Origin: an uncultured Comamonadaceae bacterium
Lineage (GTDB): Bacteria > Bacteroidota > Bacteroidia > Flavobacteriales_D > Sanyastnellaceae
Length of the DNA stretch: 64,000 nt
NCBI GenBank assembly: GCA_964405405.1
Contig: CAYONT010000002.1
Span: 77,907 to 141,906, forward strand
Direction: 5' to 3'
Part shown: positions 18,870 through 28,856 of the stretch, in pieces
Layout of the letters: every line of letters begins with the position of its first letter
Numbering within the stretch: the first letter of the stretch is position 1
Translations under genes and position numbers: made by a program
Notes under the pieces: model-generated
The model's database searches: none
What the model was told of the DNA's origin: nothing
What the model saw: the letters and a program-made list of their open reading frames with translations, nothing else

Positions 18870-18915
18870 GGCTGCGAATGTACCGCAGGAACGCGGCTTG
18901 TTGCATTTTTGCCCC

Positions 18916-20448
18916 ATGCATCCAACCACAGCGCTTTGGGTTTTTGTCGCCTATGCGTGCCTCCTCTTCTGCCTAGCCGCTTGGACCAACCGGAAAAAAC
19001 AGGCACCGGATGCAGTAGCGCTGGACGATTCGGGAAACAGCCGGTTCTTTCTCGCGGGGCGGAACAACGCTTGGTACCTGGTCTCCTTCGGGATGATTGG
19101 CGCCTCCTTGAGCGGTGTGACCTTCATGAGCATACCCGGATGGGTTCGGGACAGTTCTTGGTCCTACCTTCAGATGGTCTGGGGCTATCTCGGTGGTTAC
19201 GCCTTCATCATGTGGGTGCTCATGCCACTCTACTACCGGTTGGGGTTGACCTCGATTTATGGCTACTTTCTGTTGCGATTCGGTCCCCGTGCACACAAGA
19301 CCGGTGCATGGTTTTTCATCGTGAGCCGGTTGGTGGGCTCCAGCTTGCGTTTGTACCTGGTAGCCATGGTGTTGGACCTATTTGTGTTGCGTCCGATGGG
19401 CTGGGATCTCCGGGCAATTTTGGGAGAAACGACAGGCCAAACCCTGCACATCGCCATCCTCTCTTCGCTCATCCTGTTGGTCATTTATGCCTACACACGC
19501 CGCGGAGGTCTGGCGACCGTGGTGTGGACGGATGCGTTGCAGACGACGGCCATGTTGATCGCAGTAATCTGGGCCGGCCTGGCCATCTCGGATGCACTGG
19601 GATTTCAGGGTTGGGAAATGGTTCACCAGGTGGCATCCAGTCCCCTGAGCGATGTCTGGGTTTGGTCGGATTGGCGGGCACCCAACCACGCAGTGAAGCA
19701 AATGCTCGCCGGTGCGTTCATTGCCATTGCCATGACCGGCATGGACCAGGACATGATGCAGAAGAACTTGTCGTGTCGAAGTCTTCGGGAAGCCCAATGG
19801 AACATGGGGTCCTTCGCCATGATTCTGGTCGGAGTCAATGTGCTGTTCTTGGGAATGGGCACCTTGCTTTGGACCTACGCTGAAGTCACGGGGTTGTCCG
19901 TTGCACGGGGGGATGCCCTCTTCCCCACGGTGGCCCTGGAGGGAACGCTGGGCATGGGAATCGGCTTCGTCTTTCTGATCGGACTCATGGCTGCGGCATT
20001 CAGTTCGGCGGACAGCGCCCTGACGGCTTTGACCACCTCCGCCTGCGTCGACTTGTTGGATACCGAGCACATGCCGGAATCGCAGGCGGTTCGCATTCGC
20101 AAACGGATGCACATTCTTTTCAGCCTGCTCACCTTGGGGGTCATGACGGTCTTCGGCGCCCTCTCGGATGCGCGGGTCGTGAGCGCCATTTTTGAGGTCG
20201 CCGGCTACACGTATGGTCCCATTTTGGGTCTGTTCTTCTTCGGACTCTTCACCCGGCGGGCTGCCCGGGACCGGGCCATTCCGATGCTTGCCTTGCTCGC
20301 TCCGGTGGCGTGTTACGCGCTGCAGTGGGCGGCCCGGGAGTGGGCGGGGTTCAGCCTGGGATTCGCGTTGTTGCCCTTCAACGGTGGGCTCATGTTTCTG
20401 GGACTCTGGGCATTGTCAAGACCAAATCCCTCCCAACCGGTGCACTGA
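18916..20448 (+). CDS. Sodium:solute symporter (SSF) family transporter
   Basis: ORF 18868..20448 trimmed to ATG 18916 (MHPTTALWVFVAYACLLF...). Polytopic throughout, with SSF-type blocks FFLAGRNNAWYLVSFGMIGASLSGVTFMSIPG and GGLATVVWTDALQT. Confidence 0.85.
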   Translation: MHPTTALWVFVAYACLLFCLAAWTNRKKQAPDAVALDDSGNSRFFLAGRNNAWYLVSFGMIGASLSGVTFMSIPGWVRDSSWSYLQMVWGYLGGYAFIMWVLMPLYYRLGLTSIYGYFLLRFGPRAHKTGAWFFIVSRLVGSSLRLYLVAMVLDLFVLRPMGWDLRAILGETTGQTLHIAILSSLILLVIYAYTRRGGLATVVWTDALQTTAMLIAVIWAGLAISDALGFQGWEMVHQVASSPLSDVWVWSDWRAPNHAVKQMLAGAFIAIAMTGMDQDMMQKNLSCRSLREAQWNMGSFAMILVGVNVLFLGMGTLLWTYAEVTGLSVARGDALFPTVALEGTLGMGIGFVFLIGLMAAAFSSADSALTALTTSACVDLLDTEHMPESQAVRIRKRMHILFSLLTLGVMTVFGALSDARVVSAIFEVAGYTYGPILGLFFFGLFTRRAARDRAIPMLALLAPVACYALQWAAREWAGFSLGFALLPFNGGLMFLGLWALSRPNPSQPVH

Positions 20449-20465
20449 ATGCACAAGGTGGGAAC

Positions 20466-20473
20466 TTACCTTT
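20466..20473 (+). promoter_or_regulatory. -7 promoter box TACCTTTG for the aspC-rfaE-trkH-ubiE-aroA block
   Basis: Perfect TAnnTTTG, 18 nt upstream of ATG 20492. Confidence 0.4.
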
Positions 20474-20491
20474 GTGCATCACAATATCCGC

Positions 20492-21688
20492 ATGGTCCCT
20501 AGAACCTCTGCCCTGCTCAATCGCCTCACAGAATCAGCGACCCTGGCCATGGCCCGGAAGGCGGCTGAACTCAAGGCGGCCGGTTTGGATGTCATTTCCC
20601 TCAGCCTGGGAGAGCCTGACTTTGATACGCCCGAACCCATCAAAGCCGCTGGAATCCGGGGCATCGAACAGAATTTCTCCCACTACACCCCAGTGCCCGG
20701 ATTGCTTTCCCTCCGGGAGGCCATTGCACAAAAACTGAAGCGCGACAATGGTTTGGCCTATCAGCCCAGCCAGATTGTGGTCTCGAACGGAGCCAAACAA
20801 TCGATCACGAACGCCGTGCTTGCGCTTGTCGATCCCGGGGACGAGGTGCTGATCCCGGCGCCTTACTGGGTCAGTTATGTGGACATGGTACAACTCGCGG
20901 GGGGGACACCGGTCATCGTTCCGACCCGTGTGGAGGACGACTTCAAAGCCACGCCCGAACGCCTGGCCCAAGCCATCACACCGAAAACCCGGCTCCTCAT
21001 CTATTCTTCGCCCTGCAATCCATCCGGATCCGTGTACACCCCCGAAGAGATTGCAGGCATTGCAGGGGTCCTGGCCCAGCACCCCCAAGTCATCGCCATC
21101 AGCGATGAGATCTACGAACTCATCCAATTCCAAGGGCGGTCCCCCAGTCTGGCCAGCCACGTGGAAATCGCCGATCGGGTGATCACGGTCAATGGGGTCA
21201 GCAAAGGCTTCGCCATGACGGGCTGGAGGCTGGGATATCTCGCTGCTCCCCAATGGATTGCGGATGCTTGCAGCAAAATTCAAGGCCAAATCACTTCCGC
21301 CCCGTGTTCCATCGCACAGGTCGCAGCTGAGGCCGCTGTTTCCGCGGATCCGTCCATTGCGGATGAAATGCGCAACGCTTTTCTCCGGCGGCGGGATTTG
21401 GTCCTGCAAAAAATGGAGGCCATCCCAGGCTGGAAGTCGCACAAGCCCACCGGTGCGTTCTATTTGTTCCCGGATGTCTCGGGCTGGCTGGGCAAGTCCT
21501 ATGAGGGAACCATCTTGGAAAACGGCGACGATGTGGCGCTGTTCTTGCTCTCTGCAGCCCGGGTGGCCGTGGTCGGTGGCCCCGCATTTGGTTCCCCTGA
21601 GTGCATCCGCATCTCATACGCCGCCTCGGACGCAGTATTGGAGGAGGCCATGAACAGGATCGCTGAAGCGTCTAAGCTTTTGAACTGA
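20492..21688 (+). CDS. aspC: PLP-dependent aminotransferase class I (aspartate/prephenate aminotransferase type)
   Basis: ORF 20192..21688 trimmed to ATG 20492. Motifs: ISLSLGEPDFDTPEPIK, SNGAKQS, SPCNPSGSVY, and the PLP-lysine context NGVSKGFAMTGWRLGY. Confidence 0.85.
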   Translation: MVPRTSALLNRLTESATLAMARKAAELKAAGLDVISLSLGEPDFDTPEPIKAAGIRGIEQNFSHYTPVPGLLSLREAIAQKLKRDNGLAYQPSQIVVSNGAKQSITNAVLALVDPGDEVLIPAPYWVSYVDMVQLAGGTPVIVPTRVEDDFKATPERLAQAITPKTRLLIYSSPCNPSGSVYTPEEIAGIAGVLAQHPQVIAISDEIYELIQFQGRSPSLASHVEIADRVITVNGVSKGFAMTGWRLGYLAAPQWIADACSKIQGQITSAPCSIAQVAAEAAVSADPSIADEMRNAFLRRRDLVLQKMEAIPGWKSHKPTGAFYLFPDVSGWLGKSYEGTILENGDDVALFLLSAARVAVVGGPAFGSPECIRISYAASDAVLEEAMNRIAEASKLLN

Positions 21689-21691
21689 GCC

Positions 21692-22729
21692 ATGTCCGCA
21701 GAACCGAAAGGACACCAAGCGGCTTGGGAGGCCCTCGGGCGCATCCGTTCATTGCGGGTTTTGGTCATCGGGGATGCGATGGTGGACGCCTACCAAATTG
21801 GGGATGTACAACGGATTTCCCCGGAAGCGCCTGTGCCCATTTTGCAAGTGCGGGAGAAGCACAGCCGACTTGGCGGAGCGGCGAATGTGGTCAAAAACCT
21901 GGTGGAATTGGGGGCGTCGGTTTCGTTTTGCTCGGTAATAGGATCTGACGCAGCGGGGAAGTTTCTGTTGGACGAGCTGGATGCAATGGGGGTCAACTGT
22001 GATGCGGTTTCCATCGACCCCGAGCGTCCCACCACGGTCAAGACCCGCCTCATGTCCCAGGGACAACAGCTGATGCGGATCGATGAGGAAATCAGCGACC
22101 CCTTGCCATCCTCATCGCTCGAAATATTGTCAGACAAGTGCCATCAGGCCATTCTGAATCAATCCATTGACGTCATCATATTCGAAGACTACGACAAGGG
22201 AACCATTCAACCCTTACTCATTGAGCGGGTCCGCAATTGGGCAGAGGAAAATCGCATTCCCATCGCGGTAGATCCCAAGTTCCGAAACTTCCGAGCCTAC
22301 CAAGGAATGGGATTGTTCAAACCCAACTTGAAAGAACTCGAGGAGGGACTGGGCGTGCGCATTGACCGCAATGATGATGAGGCGATTCGAAAGGCCGTTG
22401 AGGCGATCATGGAAGGCTGGCAACCCCAATGTGCCCTCATCACGCTGTCAGAACGGGGGGTCTGGGTTCATGCACCCCGTGCGGGCATCGAACACCGCCG
22501 AATCCCCGCCCACCCGCGCGAGATCGTCGATGTTTCGGGGGCAGGAGACGCAGTGATCGCTGTGGCCTCCGTGCTGTGGGCGCTGGGGGTACCGCTGGAC
22601 GAAACCGCTTCCGTGGCGAACCTAGCCGGAGGCCTGGTCTGCGAGAAAGTAGGTGTGGTGCCTATTCAAAAGGAAGAACTCATGGCCGAGCTCGCCTCTA
22701 CCGGTCTACAATCTGCCCCTTCACACTGA
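21692..22729 (+). CDS. rfaE: pfkB-family sugar kinase, RfaE domain I type (D-glycero-beta-D-manno-heptose-7-phosphate kinase-like); no adenylyltransferase domain
   Basis: 345 aa. VLVIGDAMVDAYQIGDVQRISPEAPVPIL is the RfaE/HldE kinase N-terminal signature. The C-terminal DVSGAGDAVIA is the pfkB anion-hole motif. Confidence 0.75.
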   Translation: MSAEPKGHQAAWEALGRIRSLRVLVIGDAMVDAYQIGDVQRISPEAPVPILQVREKHSRLGGAANVVKNLVELGASVSFCSVIGSDAAGKFLLDELDAMGVNCDAVSIDPERPTTVKTRLMSQGQQLMRIDEEISDPLPSSSLEILSDKCHQAILNQSIDVIIFEDYDKGTIQPLLIERVRNWAEENRIPIAVDPKFRNFRAYQGMGLFKPNLKELEEGLGVRIDRNDDEAIRKAVEAIMEGWQPQCALITLSERGVWVHAPRAGIEHRRIPAHPREIVDVSGAGDAVIAVASVLWALGVPLDETASVANLAGGLVCEKVGVVPIQKEELMAELASTGLQSAPSH

Positions 22730-22736
22730 CTGCAGG

Positions 22737-24560
22737 ATGGGACTCAGGGAATTTCGGGAAAGGGTCAACATAGGACTATATGGCCACAAGCCCAGGGTTT
22801 TGTCGGCGCTGCGTTGGAGCAACCTACTGGTTTCTACCGCCGCCTTGGGGTTGCTCATTGCTTACTATGGTTGGCCCAACGACAGCAAAACCGCTGAGTG
22901 GATTTTGCGGGGTGTCACCTGGAGCTTTGGATTTTACGTTTTTCAGTACTTCGTCAAGGTCGTCTATGAATTTCATCCATGGACCTTCATCCGTTCGACC
23001 TGGTTGGAAGCCCTGCTCATGCTGGTGCTGGTGGTGGAAGGTGCGAGCGACTTGCTCACCGGGGAACTGCTGCTAGAAAGGCTCATCCGGCAACAGGGCT
23101 TGCCCGTGGCAAAGGACCTCTACACCCTGTTCATCCAGGGATACTTCTTTGTCGTTGTGGTGACCGAGGTGTTGCGTTCAAGCCAAATCCTACCGCGCTT
23201 TCGCATCCATCCAGCCACGGTTTTTGTCATCAGTTTTTTGCTGCTCATCGTATGCGGAACAGGCCTCTTGATGATGCCGGAAATGACGGTGGACAAGCTG
23301 GGTTCGCCCTTTCTCGACGCACTGTTTACGGCAACCAGCGCATCTTGTGTGACCGGGTTGATGACCATTGATACTCCGCTTTTCACCGAGAAGGGGCACT
23401 GGGTTATCTTGTTTTTGATGCAGTTTGGAGGACTGAATTTGATCGCCTTTGGGGTATTCTTGTCCTTGGTGTCCAAGTTGGGCGTGGGGGTCCGGCACGA
23501 TGAAGTCATCCAAGATTTCATGACGGCAGACAACCTGCAATCCAGCCGGGGTCTGTTGGCTAAGGTGATGTTCTGGATCTTCCTCATCGAAGGGCTCGGC
23601 ACATTGGGCTTGTATCTGACTTGGAGCAATCAGGTTCCCTTTGTCAGCGAATGGAACCGGTTTTTTGCCTCCTTGTTCCATGCCGTTGCGGCCTTCAACA
23701 ATGGTGGAATATCACTGTTTCCCGGTGGGTTCATGGCCTCAGGTGCAGCACAGAGTTATGCCGTCCAATGGGTCATGTTTTCGCTCATTTTCGCCGGTTC
23801 CCTGGGCATCCTGGCCATGTTTGATTTGTTCGATCCCGCGAGGCTTCGGGATCGAATGAAACACCCTTGGAAGCAGATCGGGTTTGCAACCAAAATCGCA
23901 CTTTACTTTTCGCTGGGTTTGGTTTTGTTGGGTGCCCTTGCCCACCTGTTGTTGGAACAAGACCACACCCAACGGGGCATGGACTGGACTGAACGAATCA
24001 CGACGGCGTTTTTCATGAGCATCAACCGAACCGCAGGGTTCAGCACCATCGACTTTGCCATGGCCAGCGCCCCAATGGTCCTGATCACCATCTTTTTGAT
24101 GTTTGTTGGATCCTCCTCCAGTTCAACCGGTGGAGGCATCAAGACTTCTACCCTGGCGGTGGTGTTGGCCGACCTTTGGAGGACCATCAAAGGATTTGAC
24201 CACGTCAGACTCTTCCAACGCACCATACCCGAAATCATCCGCTCCAGGGCCTACAGCGTGTTGTTATTCTTCCTGGGATGGAACATGATCACCGTCTTTG
24301 TGTTAAGTGTTTCAGAGTCTGAAATTTTGGCTACCCCAGGACGGGGAGTCATCGATCTGATGTTTGAAAGTGTCAGCGCCATGAGCACCGTAGGCTTGAG
24401 TACCGGCATCACTGCAGCTTTGAGTCCTGTGGGCAAGGTCGCCATCATTTTGAGCATGTTCATCGGAAGGGTCGGCGCACTAACGGTAATTCTCGCTATT
24501 GGAGGCAAAGTCACCCAATCCCACATCAAATATCCTGAAGCACAGACCATGATCGGTTGA
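22737..24560 (+). CDS. trkH: TrkH/KtrB-family potassium uptake membrane subunit
   Basis: ORF trimmed to ATG 22737, 7 nt after the rfaE stop. Repeated membrane-pore-membrane units with selectivity-filter-like motifs: SASCVTGL, AFNNGG, NRTAGFST, MSTVGLSTG, STGGGIKT. Confidence 0.85.
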   Translation: MGLREFRERVNIGLYGHKPRVLSALRWSNLLVSTAALGLLIAYYGWPNDSKTAEWILRGVTWSFGFYVFQYFVKVVYEFHPWTFIRSTWLEALLMLVLVVEGASDLLTGELLLERLIRQQGLPVAKDLYTLFIQGYFFVVVVTEVLRSSQILPRFRIHPATVFVISFLLLIVCGTGLLMMPEMTVDKLGSPFLDALFTATSASCVTGLMTIDTPLFTEKGHWVILFLMQFGGLNLIAFGVFLSLVSKLGVGVRHDEVIQDFMTADNLQSSRGLLAKVMFWIFLIEGLGTLGLYLTWSNQVPFVSEWNRFFASLFHAVAAFNNGGISLFPGGFMASGAAQSYAVQWVMFSLIFAGSLGILAMFDLFDPARLRDRMKHPWKQIGFATKIALYFSLGLVLLGALAHLLLEQDHTQRGMDWTERITTAFFMSINRTAGFSTIDFAMASAPMVLITIFLMFVGSSSSSTGGGIKTSTLAVVLADLWRTIKGFDHVRLFQRTIPEIIRSRAYSVLLFFLGWNMITVFVLSVSESEILATPGRGVIDLMFESVSAMSTVGLSTGITAALSPVGKVAIILSMFIGRVGALTVILAIGGKVTQSHIKYPEAQTMIG

Positions 24561-24575
24561 CGTGCGCCATCTACC

Positions 24576-25325
24576 ATGGGAACACCCCTCACCCCTTACG
24601 GCCCCGCAGCGGGAGGCACAAAGCGCGAACAAGTTTCACAGATGTTCGACCGCATTGCACCCCGATACGACTTCTTGAATCACCTCTTCTCTCTGGGAAT
24701 CGATGTCGTTTGGCGGCGGAAAGCGGTGCGGTTGCTGCGTCAGGAACGACCCAAAAAGATTCTGGACATGGCCACCGGCACCGCCGATTTTGCGCTGGAA
24801 ACCCGTCGCATGATGGGACCTGAAGTGCACATCACCGGGGTGGACATCAGCCCAGGCATGTTGGCAATCGGTCGGAAAAAGGTGCGCGATCGGAATTGGA
24901 GCACGAGCATCGAATTGGTCGAAGGGGATTCCGTGTCCCTCCCCTATCCCGACGGCAGTTTTGATGCCTACACCGTAGCCTTCGGGGTGCGGAATTTTGA
25001 AAACCTATCGGGCGGGTTGCTGGAAATGAAACGGGTATTGAAACCCGGGGGGGTGGGCGTCATTTTGGAGTTCTCCAAACCGAGACGATTTCCGATGAAG
25101 CAGCTGTTTGGCCTATACTTCCGCTGGTTTATGCCCACGCTGGGCCGCTGGATTTCAAAGGATGCACAGGCCTATTCCTACCTCCCGGAGAGTGTTGCCA
25201 TCTTTCCGGAAGGCCAAGCCTTTGTGGACATTCTCCAAGATGCAGGTTATGTTTCGATTCGAACCCTGTCCTTGACGGGGGGAATTGCGACGATTTACCT
25301 CGCCCAAGTGCCTGCAGGGTCATGA
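24576..25325 (+). CDS. ubiE: Demethylmenaquinone/ubiquinone methyltransferase (UbiE/MenG)
   Basis: VSQMFDRIAPRYDFLNHLFSLGIDVVWRRK is the UbiE signature, and ILDMATGTADFA is the SAM-binding motif I. Confidence 0.9.
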   Translation: MGTPLTPYGPAAGGTKREQVSQMFDRIAPRYDFLNHLFSLGIDVVWRRKAVRLLRQERPKKILDMATGTADFALETRRMMGPEVHITGVDISPGMLAIGRKKVRDRNWSTSIELVEGDSVSLPYPDGSFDAYTVAFGVRNFENLSGGLLEMKRVLKPGGVGVILEFSKPRRFPMKQLFGLYFRWFMPTLGRWISKDAQAYSYLPESVAIFPEGQAFVDILQDAGYVSIRTLSLTGGIATIYLAQVPAGS

Positions 25326-26608
25326 TTCTCAGGGTGGGGCCTTCAAAGCTTCAGGGTGTGGTGGAGGTTCCGCCCTCCAAAAGCGTGGCCCAAAGGCTCA
25401 TTGCTGCAGCCGCCTTGTGCCCGGGTGCCAGCATGATTCGTGGCATCGGTGATTGCGATGACGTGACGGCCGCGTTGGGGGCGGTCGCCGGACTGGGAGC
25501 CACGGTGGAGTTGGGTGAAACCGATGTGCGCGTCATAGGATTTGGAGGAAAACCAGTCCCCCGCATGCCGGTGGTTGATCTGGGGGAATCTGGATTGGGG
25601 GTTCGCATGTTTGCCCCCATCGCTGCCTGCGGTACGATGCCTGTGACACTGACAGGAACGGGAAGTTTGTTGGGACGCCCCATGGAAACCTGGGATCAAA
25701 CCGAGGGATTGGCAGGCGTGATCTCCACCACTTCGGGCAAATTGCCCTTGCGCATCCATGGCCCCCTCCGGGCAGGGGAGTATCGACTCGACGCTTCCAT
25801 GAGTTCCCAATTTGCAACTGGGTTGCTGATGGCGCTGCCCACATTGGACGGAAACAGCACGCTGATTCTGGAGAATACCACCAGCCGGCCTTACATCGAT
25901 TTGACTTGTTCTTTGTTAACGTTTTTCGGTCTGGACATCACGGAAGAAACCGACGGATGCTTCCGGATTCCAGGTGGTCAATCTTATGTTCCTCAATCCA
26001 TTCGGGTGGATGGCGACTGGAGTGCGGCCGCGACTTTGCTGGTTGCGGGAATGTTGGCGGCCGATCCCGTCCTCACGGTTTCGGGATTGGACAACAGGTT
26101 CCCCCAGGCTGATGAAGCGATTCGCGGTGCCTTGTTGTTCGCGGGCGGAGCCATGAGTGGAACAGACAACGGAATCCAAATCGCCCAGCGGCCGGTTCGT
26201 GCCTTCGATGTCAATTTGGAGCACTGTCCCGATTTATTCCCAGCACTGGCGGCGCTGGCCGCTTTTGCGGATCGACCCTCACGGTTGCGGGGCGCGGGTC
26301 GTTTGGCCTACAAAGAGTCCGATCGCGCGGAGGCGATTCAACGTTGTTGGCAACAAGCCGGCATTTCGGTGACGCGGGAGGAAGACACCTTGGTCGTGCA
26401 TCCTCGCAAAGGGAAGGACAAAGTGTTGCCGGCTCGGATCCAGGCGGGAGGCGACCACCGAATCGCCATGGCATGCGCCCTGCTGGGGCTCGCTGGTGCC
26501 CCCATTGAGATTGACGGGGCTGAATGCGTCGCCAAAAGCTACCCTGCGTTTTTTGACGATTTGGAGGCCATAGGTGGAAAGATCCAATGGGTTTCCTCTC
26601 CCGCTTAA
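25322..26608 (+). CDS. aroA: 3-phosphoshikimate 1-carboxyvinyltransferase (EPSP synthase)
   Basis: 428 aa. N-terminal VPPSKSVAQR (the PSKS motif), a two-domain inside-out alpha/beta pattern, and a C-terminal GGDHRIAMACALLGLAG block. ATGA overlap with the ubiE stop. Confidence 0.88.
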   Translation: MILRVGPSKLQGVVEVPPSKSVAQRLIAAAALCPGASMIRGIGDCDDVTAALGAVAGLGATVELGETDVRVIGFGGKPVPRMPVVDLGESGLGVRMFAPIAACGTMPVTLTGTGSLLGRPMETWDQTEGLAGVISTTSGKLPLRIHGPLRAGEYRLDASMSSQFATGLLMALPTLDGNSTLILENTTSRPYIDLTCSLLTFFGLDITEETDGCFRIPGGQSYVPQSIRVDGDWSAAATLLVAGMLAADPVLTVSGLDNRFPQADEAIRGALLFAGGAMSGTDNGIQIAQRPVRAFDVNLEHCPDLFPALAALAAFADRPSRLRGAGRLAYKESDRAEAIQRCWQQAGISVTREEDTLVVHPRKGKDKVLPARIQAGGDHRIAMACALLGLAGAPIEIDGAECVAKSYPAFFDDLEAIGGKIQWVSSPA

Positions 26609-26677
26609 AGGGACTCGTTGTGGATAATTCTCTGCCTGACCTATGCTGATGCCTGCCCGAGGTGATGAACTTTGGGC

Positions 26678-28024
26678 ATGCGGATACACTTCATTGCCAT
26701 TGGCGGGAGCGCCATGCACAACTTGGCCCTGGCGTTGCACGATGGAGGCCACCGTGTTTCGGGGTCTGATGACCAAATCCTTGAGCCTTCTCGCAGCCGT
26801 TTGCGTGAGGCTGGGTTGTTGCCTGAATCGGATGGTTGGCATCCCGAGCGTATCACGACGGCGCTGGATGCCATTGTGCTCGGCATGCATGCCCGCAAAG
26901 ACAACCCGGAGTTGCTGGCCGCCCAAGCGCTCGGCATTCCCATCCATTCTTACCCTGCATTTTTGTTTCAAGCTACGGCAAACAAAATGCGGATTGTGGT
27001 CGGTGGATCTCATGGAAAAACCACCATCACATCCATGTTGTTGCATGCCTTAAAGCACGTTGGGAGGCAAGGTGACTTCATGGTGGGAGCTCAATTGCCG
27101 GGATTTAATCGCATGGTGCATCTCGACGCATCCAACGAATTTGCTGTGTTCGAGGGGGATGAATACCTCAGTTCTCCTTTGGATGACCGCCCTAAGTTTT
27201 TTCATTACCAGCCACACCTGACCCTGCTGTCTGGCATTGCTTGGGACCACATCAACGTTTTTCCCACTGAGGAGGCTTATGTGGAGGTCTTTGACCGCTA
27301 CCTGACCACCTTGGCTCCGGAAGCTCAGGTGGTTTGGTGCGCAGAAGACCAAGCCTTGGCAGATGTGGTGAGCAGGCAAACCCGGAGCGACCTCACCTTT
27401 TTACCCTATTCCACCCCAGCATATGAAGTTTTTACCGACGGCACGACTGAAATCCATTGGCCGGATGGAACCCGAGCCCGCACCCCGTTGATCGGCATCC
27501 ACAACCTTCAGAACATGGCGGGAGCCCGTGCACTCGCCACGGCCATGGGGGTGGAACCCGCTGCCTTTGATGTTGCGATGTCGGATTTTACGGGTGCTGC
27601 GAGACGCTTGGAGTCTTGGGACAGCGGGGACAACTTTGATGTTTTTAGGGATTTCGCCCATGCTCCTTCGAAAGTGCGAGCGACGGTAGCAGGGGTTCGC
27701 GCATCTCAACCCCATCGGAACCTGGTCGCCTATTTTGAACTGCACACCTTTTCCAGTTTGAACCGGGATTTTCTACCCACCTACCAAGGAACATTGGATG
27801 CTGCTCACCGAGCGGTGGTTTACTTCGACCCCCAGGTCTTGGCTCAGAAGCGCATGCCCGAATTGGATGCAGCGTTCGTCAGGAGTTGCTTTGCCAACCC
27901 CAACCTCGAGATTGTTAACGATGTCGAGGTGCTACAGGCCATGTGGGACCAGGAGCATCGAGAGAACGCCACCCTTCTTCTGATGAGCAGCGGCTGGTTC
28001 GGCGGTGCCCGGTGGAACCGATAA
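26678..28024 (+). CDS. mpl: UDP-N-acetylmuramate:L-alanyl-gamma-D-glutamyl-meso-diaminopimelate ligase (murein peptide ligase)
   Basis: MRIHFIAIGGSAMHNLALALHDGGHRVSGSDD is the Mpl/MurC-type N-terminus, and GSHGKTTITSM is the Mur ligase P-loop. The ORF-track start at 26672 is a TTG; ATG 26678 is preferred. Confidence 0.85.
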   Translation: MRIHFIAIGGSAMHNLALALHDGGHRVSGSDDQILEPSRSRLREAGLLPESDGWHPERITTALDAIVLGMHARKDNPELLAAQALGIPIHSYPAFLFQATANKMRIVVGGSHGKTTITSMLLHALKHVGRQGDFMVGAQLPGFNRMVHLDASNEFAVFEGDEYLSSPLDDRPKFFHYQPHLTLLSGIAWDHINVFPTEEAYVEVFDRYLTTLAPEAQVVWCAEDQALADVVSRQTRSDLTFLPYSTPAYEVFTDGTTEIHWPDGTRARTPLIGIHNLQNMAGARALATAMGVEPAAFDVAMSDFTGAARRLESWDSGDNFDVFRDFAHAPSKVRATVAGVRASQPHRNLVAYFELHTFSSLNRDFLPTYQGTLDAAHRAVVYFDPQVLAQKRMPELDAAFVRSCFANPNLEIVNDVEVLQAMWDQEHRENATLLLMSSGWFGGARWNR

Positions 28025-28034
28025 CAAGGGGAAT

Positions 28035-28856
28035 TCAACCCAAGCCCACATCCAGTAGCATCATCAAAGCAAAACCTCCAATAAACCCGAGCGTGGCCAC
28101 ATCGGTATATTGGTCTCGTTGGGTCTCTGGAATCACTTCCTCCACCACGACATAGATCATCGCCCCTGCTGCAAAAGCCAGGGCGTAGGGCAAAATGGCC
28201 TGCATTTGAATGACCGCCAACGCCCCCACGACACCGGCCACGGGCTCTACGATGGCGCTCAATTGTCCATACCATGCTGCTTTCCAACGGGGCATTCCGC
28301 TTCGGTGGAGGGGCACACTGACCGCCAGCCCTTCGGGAAAGTTCTGAATGGCGATGCCCATGGCCAATGCCAGCGCCCCAGCCACCGTAGCCCCTTCCAA
28401 TCCCAATGCAGCCCCGCCGAACAAAACGCCGACCGCCAGGCCCTCTGGTATGTTGTGCAAGGTGATGGCCAGCACCAGCAAAGTGTTTTTATGCCAAGGC
28501 GTGGCTACCCCTTCCGCTTCGTCCTTGGCAAAATTCAGGTGCAAATGAGGAAGTAGTTTGTCCAGTCCGAACAGGAACAGAGCACCCAAACAAAACCCCA
28601 GAACAGCGGGCAAGGCCTTCATGAGCCCCACTCCCTCACTCATTTCAATGGCAGGTGTCAGCAACGACCAGCAACTGGCCGCAACCATCACCCCTCCCGT
28701 GAATCCCAACATGGCATCCAAGACGGAACGACTGATGTCTCGAAACAAAAAAATCACCGAAGCACCTGCAGCTGTCAACAACCAAGTCGTCGTGGTGGCG
28801 ACCGCCGCAGCCTGAACCGGCTCCATCGATTCAAACCAAATGATTACTTCATTCAT
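28035..28856 (-). CDS. ZIP-family divalent metal transporter
   Basis: Polytopic protein with ZIP signature helices LAITLHNIPEGLAVG and IAIQNFPEGLAVS. ATG 28856 overlaps the mntR 3' end by 8 nt. The ORF-track start at 28877 is a TTG. Confidence 0.85.
   Translation of the reverse strand: MNEVIIWFESMEPVQAAAVATTTTWLLTAAGASVIFLFRDISRSVLDAMLGFTGGVMVAASCWSLLTPAIEMSEGVGLMKALPAVLGFCLGALFLFGLDKLLPHLHLNFAKDEAEGVATPWHKNTLLVLAITLHNIPEGLAVGVLFGGAALGLEGATVAGALALAMGIAIQNFPEGLAVSVPLHRSGMPRWKAAWYGQLSAIVEPVAGVVGALAVIQMQAILPYALAFAAGAMIYVVVEEVIPETQRDQYTDVATLGFIGGFALMMLLDVGLG

Noticed and set aside
18867-18870. CCATGG palindromes where plus- and minus-strand ATGs overlap: recR versus ORF 18868, and likewise paaE versus ORF 38875 at 38874..38877
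   Set aside because: The plus-strand ATGs only open N-terminal extensions that lack homology. The real plus-strand starts (18916 and 39004) lie downstream, so there is no genuine back-to-back start-codon sharing.
18243-19883. 546-aa plus-strand ORF spanning recR (antisense) and the first two thirds of the symporter gene (alternative frame)
   Set aside because: No motif, and a biased Arg/Gly/His/Pro composition. Both overlapped genes have strong family signatures in their own frames.
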